A stretch of DNA of 64,000 bases, taken from NCBI GenBank assembly GCA_028713415.1, contig JAQTOI010000002.1, positions 16,689-80,688 on the forward strand. The letters run 5' to 3'. The number at the start of each line of letters is the position of its first letter. The first letter of the stretch is position 1. The position numbers and the translations under genes are program-made. Under the pieces are notes generated by a model. It made no database searches. It had not been told where the DNA came from and saw nothing but the letters and a program-made list of their open reading frames with translations. The stretch is from Candidatus Omnitrophota bacterium. GTDB lineage: Bacteria; Omnitrophota; Gorgyraeia; Duberdicusellales; 4484-171. Positions 47,099-54,506 of the stretch are shown here, in pieces.

Positions 47099-47281
47099 TT
47101 TATAAAATCTTTTTTACGCAGATAATCGCAGATTAGAAGCTACAGATAACCGCAGATAGATAAAAAAGGTTTTGTATAATATGATTAGCCTTATCTGTAT
47201 TTTCCATCATATCTGCGATCATCTGCGTTGATTTATTAATTTTTTATTCAGGTTGTTTCATCTGCGCTAATCTGCGTTTAT
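47099..47281. repeat. Intergenic word-repeat imperfect palindrome (CGCAGAT on the left arm, ATCTGCG on the right arm) with a TGnTATAAT extended -10 box in the centre
   Basis: ...acgcagataatcgcagattagaagctacagataaccgcagatagat...tgtataat...atctgcgatcatctgcgttg...tcatctgcgctaatctgcgttta-ATG(obg). Confidence 0.55.
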
Positions 47282-48223
47282 ATGATTATCGACCAGGCAA
47301 AAATATATTGTAAGGGTGGGAACGGCGGAGAAGGGGACTGCTCTAAGCTAACGCTTTCAGCCAGGCGCGTTATCGGCGGAGGCGGAGACGGCGGAGGAGG
47401 CGGCGATGTTATCATTAAGGTAAGCCCCCATCTTTATGATTTGAATAAATTCCTCATTAATAAAAAATTTATCGCAGCGTGCGGTGAACGGGGCAAGCGG
47501 AATAATAGAAAGGGGGCTAGAGGAGAAAACCTCATTGTCAATGTCCCACAAGGCACACGAATATTAGATTTAGAGGGAAATCTCATAGTTGATTTAGCCC
47601 AAATGGCTCAAGAATTCCTCATTTGCCGCGGAGGGGAAGGGGGCAGGGGTAATTATAAAAAAGAGTATAGCCTTCCAGCTCAAGCTGGGGAAGAACGCGA
47701 TTGTTACCTGGATTACCGCATTCCAAATGACGTTGCTATTCTGGGCTTCGCCAATAACGGGAAAACCTCACTGCTCAATAAGCTAACTTCTAAAAACTTC
47801 AAGGTCGCTGATTATCCTTTTACTACAAAAGCCTGCGCATGGGCGCAATTTGAATCTGCGTACAGGAAGTTCGTAATCATGGATATGCCTCCGCTTAAAA
47901 AAAATGTAAAAGATGCTTATGCGGAAAATAATTTTATTAAACATCTATATCGTAGTAAAATAATTTTATTTGTGAGTGATAATTTTTCCGCCTTTAAAGA
48001 GGAATTTTCATCGCTCAAAGAACAGGTTTCTTCTCTCGATGAGGAGTTGCTTGCGGGTAAAAAAATTCTGTATGTATTGAATAAAGTTGATACAATAGAT
48101 AAAAATACCTCGGATTTAAAGAATATTATTCCGGTATCGGCACTTAACGGCGCGGGAATAGAAGAATTGAAAGAAAAGATAATTAAAACGCTTCAAGCCG
48201 CAAGTCACAGGTCGCAAGCTTAG
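47282..48223 (+). CDS. obg: Obg-family GTPase, short (313 aa) with degenerate G3 motif
   Basis: Obg-fold N-terminus (KGGNGGEGDCS...GGGGDGGGGGDV), G1 GFANNGKTSLL, G2 YPFTT, G4 NKVD. G3 reads DMPP where DxPG is expected. There is no C-terminal OCT domain. Confidence 0.7.
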   Translation: MIIDQAKIYCKGGNGGEGDCSKLTLSARRVIGGGGDGGGGGDVIIKVSPHLYDLNKFLINKKFIAACGERGKRNNRKGARGENLIVNVPQGTRILDLEGNLIVDLAQMAQEFLICRGGEGGRGNYKKEYSLPAQAGEERDCYLDYRIPNDVAILGFANNGKTSLLNKLTSKNFKVADYPFTTKACAWAQFESAYRKFVIMDMPPLKKNVKDAYAENNFIKHLYRSKIILFVSDNFSAFKEEFSSLKEQVSSLDEELLAGKKILYVLNKVDTIDKNTSDLKNIIPVSALNGAGIEELKEKIIKTLQAASHRSQA

Positions 48224-48271
48224 AACTTTTTAAGCCTGAGACCTGAAGCCTGTAGCTTGTAGCCTGAACTT

Positions 48272-49318
48272 ATGAAAAAAATTGTCGTAAAAATTGGCAG
48301 CAGTGTTATCGCGCCAACCGGGAAATTGGAGCAAAAGCTGGTGGAGGGTTTCGTCAGCGATATACTCTCTGCGCAAATGCAAAGCTGTAAAGTTATATTA
48401 GTAACATCGGGGGCCATCGCCGCCGGAGCCGATGCTTTAGGCCTTAAGAAAAAACCCGCAAGTCCGCATTCTTTAATGGCGATTGCCTCCCTGGGCCAAA
48501 TAATCCTGATGGATGCCTACAAAAGCGCTTTCTCCAAACATGGCGCTAAGTGTGCGCAAATACTGCTCACTTGGGATGATTTTGATATACGCAGGCGTTT
48601 TTTAAACGCCCGCTCAACCATAGAAACATTACTTAGTATGGGCATAACTCCGGTAATCAACGAAAACGACGCTGTTTCCAGCGAAGAGATAAAATTCGGA
48701 GATAACGACAGGCTCTGCGCGCTTGTCGGCGACTTGATAGGCTCCGATAAAGTAATAATCTTATCGGACGTTGCCGGCCTCCTGGATGAAACGGGCCAAA
48801 TAAAGAAAACTGTCGAAAAAATTGATTCAAAAATCTATAAACTTGTCAAAACAAAGAGCGGAAAATTTACTTCAGGGGGCATGTATACAAAACTGCAAGC
48901 GGCCCAAATCGCTACAGCCAGCGGAGCGACTCTTTTTATCGCAAGCGGCAAGGAAAAAGATGTAATCAGCCGGATCGTGCGCGGGGAAGCTCCGGGAACG
49001 CGGTTCTTGCCGGCTGTAAAAATAGAGAAAGCTCGCAAGCGCTGGATTGCCTTCAGCAAAAAAATAAAAGGTAAAATCTGCATTGATGATGGGGCCAGGG
49101 ACGCGGTTATAAACCGCGGCAAAAGCCTGCTTTGCGTAGGCATACTCAATATTGAAGGCGATTTCAAACGTAAAGACTCCGTGTGTTTGGTTGATAAATC
49201 AGGTAATATCCTAGGCTGCGGCCTGGCAGAATATTCCTGTGACGAGCTTAAAGATTCCAAAAACAAAAAACTCCAGAAAGAAGTAATCCATAGAGATAAT
49301 TTTGTTATTAAAAAATAA
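48272..49318 (+). CDS. proB: Glutamate 5-kinase with C-terminal PUA domain
   Basis: MKKIVVKIGSSVIA...VTSGAIAAG... is the amino-acid-kinase fold, followed by a PUA domain. Confidence 0.85.
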   Translation: MKKIVVKIGSSVIAPTGKLEQKLVEGFVSDILSAQMQSCKVILVTSGAIAAGADALGLKKKPASPHSLMAIASLGQIILMDAYKSAFSKHGAKCAQILLTWDDFDIRRRFLNARSTIETLLSMGITPVINENDAVSSEEIKFGDNDRLCALVGDLIGSDKVIILSDVAGLLDETGQIKKTVEKIDSKIYKLVKTKSGKFTSGGMYTKLQAAQIATASGATLFIASGKEKDVISRIVRGEAPGTRFLPAVKIEKARKRWIAFSKKIKGKICIDDGARDAVINRGKSLLCVGILNIEGDFKRKDSVCLVDKSGNILGCGLAEYSCDELKDSKNKKLQKEVIHRDNFVIKK

Positions 49319-49419
49319 CGCAGATAATCGCTGATTACACACAGATGGTCGCAGATTATTTATCTGCGTAAATCTGCGTTAGATGTGCGGTAATCTGCGT
49401 TTGAAGAAATAATATTATT
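49319..49419. repeat. Intergenic word-repeat imperfect palindrome (CGCAGAT/ATCTGCG) ending in TAATCTGCGTTTGA before proA
   Basis: cgcagataatcgctgattacacacagatggtcgcagattatttatctgcgtaaatctgcgttagatgtgcggtaatctgcgtttga. Confidence 0.55.
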
Positions 49420-50670
49420 ATGCAAAAATACGTTAAAACATTAGCCAAACAGGCAAAGGAAAACAGTTATAAGCTGGCGGCATTGACCAGCGACCAGAAA
49501 AATGCCGTGCTGCTTAAGATGGCTGATTATATTATCGCGGAAAAAGAATTTATTCTTAAAGAAAATAAAAAGGATGTTGCGGCAGCGCTAAAAAATAAAT
49601 TGCAGAAAAGCTTTATTGACCGGCTTTCCTTAAACGAACAGCGCATAAATGAGATGGCGTCCGGCTTGCGGGAGGTGGCGGGGCTGGCTGATCCTGTAAA
49701 CAGCATAATCAGCCAAAGCAGGAGGCCCAACGGCATTTCTATTAAAAAAGTAAGGGTCCCTATCGGAGTTATCCTTATAATTTATGAGGCGCGTCCTAAC
49801 GTTACCTGCGACTGCATCGGGCTGCTTTTTAAATCTTCTAACGTAGCTATTTTGCGTGGAGGCAGCGATGCCATACGTTCTAATCTTGCTATCGCTAAAG
49901 TTTTAGAAAAAGCTATAAAAGAAAGGGGGGTTAATTTTAATCCTTTTTTTGTGGTGGAGAAAACTGGCTATAGCGTTACGGATGCATTACTGGCCCAAGA
50001 TAAATATATTGACCTGGTTATTCCCAGAGGCGGAGAAAGTTTAATACGCAAGGTCGTGGAAAAATCGCGTATCCCTGTCCTTAAACATTATAAAGGCGTC
50101 TGCCACTTATTTATCGATAAAGACATAGATACGCAAAAGGCGCTTAAAATATGCGTAAATTCAAAAGTCCAGCGCCCCTCTGTCTGTAACGCGGTTGAAA
50201 AAATCCTCATTCACCAGGATGTAGCAAAGTCTTTTTTACCGCTCTTAAAAAATGAATTCGATAAATATCGCGTTGAGATTAGAGCTGACACCCAAACTGC
50301 AAAAATCATAAAGGGCGTAAAAAAAGCCACTGAAAAAGATTGGTTTGCCGAATACCTTGACCTTATTATCGCTATAAAAGTAGTAAGGGGTATTGACGAA
50401 GCGATTAGCCATATAAATAAATATGGCTCGCACCATACAGACAGCATAATTACCAACGATACAGCAAACGCTGAAAAATTTATTAAGGAAGTTGATTCTG
50501 CCTGCTGTTTTGTGAATATCTCGACGCGTTTTTCTGACGGGTATCAGTTTGGTTTAGGCGCAGAAATTGGAATTTCCACCGACAAGCTTCATGCGCGCGG
50601 GCCTATGGGATTGGAAGAACTGACAACCTATAAGTGGGTGGCAGAGGGCGACGGACAAATTAGAGAATAG
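49420..50670 (+). CDS. proA: Gamma-glutamyl phosphate reductase
   Basis: 416 aa aldehyde dehydrogenase-fold protein with catalytic Cys context (...PSVCNAVEKILIHQD...) and of ProA length, downstream of proB. Confidence 0.85.
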   Translation: MQKYVKTLAKQAKENSYKLAALTSDQKNAVLLKMADYIIAEKEFILKENKKDVAAALKNKLQKSFIDRLSLNEQRINEMASGLREVAGLADPVNSIISQSRRPNGISIKKVRVPIGVILIIYEARPNVTCDCIGLLFKSSNVAILRGGSDAIRSNLAIAKVLEKAIKERGVNFNPFFVVEKTGYSVTDALLAQDKYIDLVIPRGGESLIRKVVEKSRIPVLKHYKGVCHLFIDKDIDTQKALKICVNSKVQRPSVCNAVEKILIHQDVAKSFLPLLKNEFDKYRVEIRADTQTAKIIKGVKKATEKDWFAEYLDLIIAIKVVRGIDEAISHINKYGSHHTDSIITNDTANAEKFIKEVDSACCFVNISTRFSDGYQFGLGAEIGISTDKLHARGPMGLEELTTYKWVAEGDGQIRE

Positions 50671-50685
50671 CATAGCGCATGGTGC

Positions 50686-51273
50686 ATGGTGCAAAGCGTA
50701 GAATACAAAAAACATAAACAGATGGATTTTGAGATAGTATTAAAAAACCTGGCAGATGAGTTTGAAAAAAATAAAATAGGCTATGCGCTCATTGGAGGAT
50801 TTGCGTTAGGAATATATGGCGTGGTACGTTCGACGAACGACCTTGATTTTCTTATCGATAAAAAACACCAAGCTCTCCTCAAGAAAATAATGAAACAAAA
50901 TGCATACGATATTATTCATGAATCTGAAGATGTTATCCAGTTTGAACATCCTACGGGGGCGTTCGGCAGCATAGATTTTTTGTACGCCTTTAGGCAACCT
51001 TCATTGGAAATGCTAAATCGTGCTGTTAAAAAAATAATATTTGAAGAAACCATAACCCTTAGCGTGCTTCTACCAGAAGATCTTATCGGCCTGAAAGTGC
51101 AGTCGCTTCAAAACAATCCTCAACGAAAAGTTCTTGACCTTGAGGACATCAAAGGCCTGCTGGAAGCAAACGCAGCAAATCTTAATTGGGGACTTATTGA
51201 AAAACATTTTGCGTTATTTGGGCTCAATGGTATATATGTAGAATTAAAAAATGCCTATGCTAAAAAACAATAA
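50686..51273 (+). CDS. Nucleotidyltransferase-fold protein (pol-beta superfamily, MNT/AbiEii-like), stand-alone
   Basis: YALIGGFALGIYGVVRSTNDLDFLI fits hG[GS]..........[DE]h[DE]h. The start may be the ATG at 50722 (MDFEI...). No partner gene is seen. The family is uncertain. Confidence 0.45.
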   Translation: MVQSVEYKKHKQMDFEIVLKNLADEFEKNKIGYALIGGFALGIYGVVRSTNDLDFLIDKKHQALLKKIMKQNAYDIIHESEDVIQFEHPTGAFGSIDFLYAFRQPSLEMLNRAVKKIIFEETITLSVLLPEDLIGLKVQSLQNNPQRKVLDLEDIKGLLEANAANLNWGLIEKHFALFGLNGIYVELKNAYAKKQ

Positions 51274-51494
51274 AATTATACCTTGTACTGTTCCGGAAAA
51301 AGAACGTATTAAAAGATACCTTCGCTTTGTAGTATTTTTTAACAAATTCATTAATCATAAGAAAAAAATTCACCGCCTGTTCATCGCGCGCGATATGAAA
51401 ATGTGAACGAAATTTTATGGCTCATCTCAATAGTAGAATTAAGCAACAATAAAATAAAGAATTAAGTATTCGTGGAAATTCGTGTATAAAAATC

Positions 51495-52055
51495 ATGAAA
51501 ATAGGCATACTCGGAGGCACGTTTAATCCGCCGCACATAGGGCATTTGATACTGGCGCAGGAAGTATATCAAAAACTTAATTTAGATAAGATTTTTTTTG
51601 TTCCTACCAATATACCGCCGCATAAAGAAAGCCATAACGTAAAAGCCGCAGACCGCTTAAAGATGCTGCGTCTTACCGCCGAAGAAGATAAGAACTTTGA
51701 AGTGCTGGACCTTGAGATAAAACGCGGCGGTGTTTCTTATACTATCGATACGGTAAAGGAACTAAAAAACCAATATCCTAAAGCCGAATTTTACCTTATC
51801 GTAGGTTCGGACCTGGCAAATGATTTTCCCACCTGGAAATATTTTGAGGGGCTTAAGAAAGCGGTAAAAATAGTGGTCGCAAAAAGGCGCGCCTTTCCGC
51901 TCCAAAGCAAGAATAGATTCATCATTTTAAGAATAGTGCAGATGGGAATTTCTTCTTCCTATATACGGGGGTTGATAAAAAAGGGTTTTTCGGTAAAATA
52001 CCTCGTTACCGATTCGGTAGCTAGGTATATAGAGAAAAGAAAGTTATATAAATAA
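51495..52055 (+). CDS. nadD: Nicotinate-nucleotide adenylyltransferase
   Basis: MKIGILGGTFNPPHIGHL is the (H/T)xGH motif of NadD. Confidence 0.85.
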   Translation: MKIGILGGTFNPPHIGHLILAQEVYQKLNLDKIFFVPTNIPPHKESHNVKAADRLKMLRLTAEEDKNFEVLDLEIKRGGVSYTIDTVKELKNQYPKAEFYLIVGSDLANDFPTWKYFEGLKKAVKIVVAKRRAFPLQSKNRFIILRIVQMGISSSYIRGLIKKGFSVKYLVTDSVARYIEKRKLYK

Positions 52056-52158
52056 CTAACGCAGATGCACACAAATCTAACGCGGATTCCCGCAGATAAA
52101 TCATCTGCGATTATCTGTGTTGTGTCTGCGATAATCTGCGTTTGAAAAAAGGAGTCAA
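52056..52158. repeat. Intergenic word-repeat imperfect palindrome (CGCAGAT/ATCTGCG) ending in TAATCTGCGTTTGA before the phosphohexomutase gene
   Basis: aacgcagatgcacacaaatctaacgcggattcccgcagataaatcatctgcgattatctgtgttgtgtctgcgataatctgcgtttga. Confidence 0.55.
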
Positions 52159-53550
52159 ATGATCAAATTCGGCACTGACGGCTGGCGCGCGGTTATCGCG
52201 CAGGATTTTACTTTTGATAACGTAAAAATAGTCACTCAAGCAATTGCCGACTATTTACATAAACAACCCGGGGAAAATAAAAAAGTAGTTATCGGCTACG
52301 ATTGCAGATTTTTATCCGCGGAGTTCGCAAAGACAGTTGCCATAGTTCTTTGCGCAAACAAAATAAAAGCGGTGCTCTCGGACAGAGCAATACCCACCCC
52401 GGCAGTAAGCCTACATGCCCTGGCCGGTAAATACGATTTAGGCGTGATGATTACCGCATCTCATAACGGGGCAGAATTTAACGGCCTAAAGATAAAAACT
52501 AAAGACGGGGGGGCGGCTGATAAAGCGCTTACTGATAAGGTCGAAAACCTGCTTTATAAAACAAAACCGAAAATATTAGCAGAAGAAGAAGCCAAGAAAG
52601 CCGGCCTGCTTAAAATACAGGATTTAACTGAAGCCTACATAGCATTCTTCAAAAAATTCGTCAACATAGATAAAATAAGAAGGCTCAAACTACATATCCT
52701 GGTGGATGTCATGTACGGCGCAGGAGATAATTTCATTGAAAAAGTCTTAGGTTCCTGCAATATCAAATTTAGTTATCTTAACAATGAATTTAACCCCTCT
52801 TTCGGGGGGATACATCCTGAGCCCATAGAAGAATACCTTAAAGACATGAGTTTAGCCATGAAAACCGGAAAGTATGACTTGGGAATAGTGCTCGACGGAG
52901 ACGCGGACCGGATAGCTGCTTTTGATTCTACCGGTAATTATGTCAACGCCCAAATCCTTCTGCCTCTCTTAAGCGTACATATGAACAAAAACAGAAAAGA
53001 AGCCGGGGGTATAGGAAAAACCGTAGTGGGCAGCAACATTATTGATGAGGTCGCTCTTTCCTTGGGGGTTGCCTGTTACGAAACGCCGGTGGGCTTTAAA
53101 TATATCTCCAGCCTCTTCAAACAAGGCCTAATTTCCGTCGGGGGGGAAGAAGCCGGAGGCATAGGCTTTAAGGGGTATATCCCGGAAAGAGACGGTTCCA
53201 TGTCCTGCCTGCTGCTTTTGGAGATGATTGCTTACGAAAATAAAAACTTTGATACTTTGCTTAAAGAACTTTATTCACAGTTCGGCAGATGGTATTATAG
53301 CCGCACAAGCCTTCCGGTAAAAAGCGTTAAAAAAAGCATAAATGATATGAAAGTTCCGCAAGCGCTCTTAGGAAAAAAAATAGAAAGAGTCAATACGCTT
53401 GACGGCGTAAAACTAATTACTAAAGATAGCTGGCTGATGTTTCGTCAATCAGGCACCGAACCTATTGTCAGGGTCTATGCGGAAAGTAAAAGCAAAGAGG
53501 AAGCCGACAGGCTTCTTGCTTTGGGCAAAAAAATGATTTATGCTCTATGA
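52159..53550 (+). CDS. Phosphoglucomutase/phosphomannomutase family protein (alpha-D-phosphohexomutase)
   Basis: The active-site loop TASHNGAEFNGLK (TASHNP-like), the metal-binding DGDADR, and four-domain length all fit. Confidence 0.8.
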   Translation: MIKFGTDGWRAVIAQDFTFDNVKIVTQAIADYLHKQPGENKKVVIGYDCRFLSAEFAKTVAIVLCANKIKAVLSDRAIPTPAVSLHALAGKYDLGVMITASHNGAEFNGLKIKTKDGGAADKALTDKVENLLYKTKPKILAEEEAKKAGLLKIQDLTEAYIAFFKKFVNIDKIRRLKLHILVDVMYGAGDNFIEKVLGSCNIKFSYLNNEFNPSFGGIHPEPIEEYLKDMSLAMKTGKYDLGIVLDGDADRIAAFDSTGNYVNAQILLPLLSVHMNKNRKEAGGIGKTVVGSNIIDEVALSLGVACYETPVGFKYISSLFKQGLISVGGEEAGGIGFKGYIPERDGSMSCLLLLEMIAYENKNFDTLLKELYSQFGRWYYSRTSLPVKSVKKSINDMKVPQALLGKKIERVNTLDGVKLITKDSWLMFRQSGTEPIVRVYAESKSKEEADRLLALGKKMIYAL

Positions 53551-54109
53551 GATATTAAAAAGCATAGGCCTTTTTATCTTTACCTGTTTCTTTGGGCTGT
53601 GCGTTAAGGGAAAGAAAGTTTTCCCAAGAAGCGGGCCCTTCATCGTCGCCTGCAATCACATAAGCAATCTTGACCCTATTGTTCTTGGTTGCGCCTGCCC
53701 CAGGCAATTGTATTATCTTGCCAAAGAAGAACTCTTTGAGAATAAGCTTTTTGGCCTCCTGCTGCGTAACATTAACGTCCTGCCCTTAAAAAGAGGGAAA
53801 TCTGACATACGTATAATGCGAGCCGCCCTTTCTATATTAAAAACAAGCCCGCTTGCACTTTTTCCTCAAGGAACCAGGGGCGCAAATTTCGATAACTTTA
53901 AAGCCGGCGTGGGTTTCTTATATAGGAAGGCTAAAACCCCTGTTATTGCGGCAAAAATCTCCGGAACTGAAAATATCCTGCCCAAGGGGGCGAAATTCTT
54001 AAAAAAAGGCCGCATAACCATCATTTTTGATGAGGTAAGAAACATAAAAAACGAAGATACAAGCGAAGAAGTCGCTCAAAAAGTAATAGAAAAGATAAAA
54101 AGCCTCTAG
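53540..54109 (+). CDS. plsC: 1-acyl-sn-glycerol-3-phosphate acyltransferase
   Basis: The HxxxxD motif (ACNHISNLDP) and FPQGTR are present. It overlaps the previous gene by 11 nt. Confidence 0.75.
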   Translation: MLYEILKSIGLFIFTCFFGLCVKGKKVFPRSGPFIVACNHISNLDPIVLGCACPRQLYYLAKEELFENKLFGLLLRNINVLPLKRGKSDIRIMRAALSILKTSPLALFPQGTRGANFDNFKAGVGFLYRKAKTPVIAAKISGTENILPKGAKFLKKGRITIIFDEVRNIKNEDTSEEVAQKVIEKIKSL

Positions 54110-54117
54110 AAATTAGG

Positions 54118-54232
54118 TAAAGGCCAGGGTAACGAGGCCAGTATCGGTCAACGGTAAAGGTTACGTGCAGAAAATAAAAGACGTTTTACCGTAACCGATA
54201 AACGAAACGGGCGTCGTAACCGTTACCTTATT
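54118..54232. repeat. Intergenic word-repeat element (GGTAAC/GTTACC/CGTAAC words)
   Basis: aggccagggtaacgaggccagtatcggtcaacggtaaaggttacgtgcag...gttttaccgtaaccgataaacgaaacgggcgtcgtaaccgttacc lies after plsC. Confidence 0.5.
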
Positions 54233-54247
54233 GTGATGTATTTTATA

Positions 54248-54276
54248 TTGACAAGCCTAGCATTTTCAGAGATAAT
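54248..54276 (+). promoter_or_regulatory. Consensus sigma70-type promoter for rpsA (TTGACA-17 bp-GATAAT)
   Basis: TTGACA at 54248-54253 and GATAAT at 54271-54276 with a 17-bp spacer. This predicts a structured, GC-rich 5' UTR of about 220 nt before the rpsA ATG. Confidence 0.5.
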
Positions 54277-54506
54277 TGGTGAGCTTTTCCCAAAGGGAAA
54301 AAGCGCTTAATCCCTTTGCCGGCCCCACGGGGCGTCCTGGGGGACAGAATTCCACGGGCACGCCTTCGGCAGCCTGTGGGCAATGGCGGATTAGGGACGT
54401 CGCCCACCAAGGCAGCACACCAAGGCGTGCCGTGAGGGTCGAATAAAAAGTCCACGGGTATAGCTCGTGGGCTCCAGACAAAATCTTTTAAGGAGGATTT
54501 TAACTA

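Noticed and set aside
16841-54232. CRISPR array as an explanation for the reiterated intergenic words
   Set aside because: The repeats are 5-8 nt and non-identical. They lack uniform spacers and are arranged as palindromic arms, not direct repeats. No cas genes are present.
54243-54481. Two overlapping minus-strand ORFs (70 and 71 aa) in the GC-rich segment before rpsA
   Set aside because: They have no RBS and sit inside the predicted rpsA leader downstream of a consensus promoter. The high GC suppresses stop codons.
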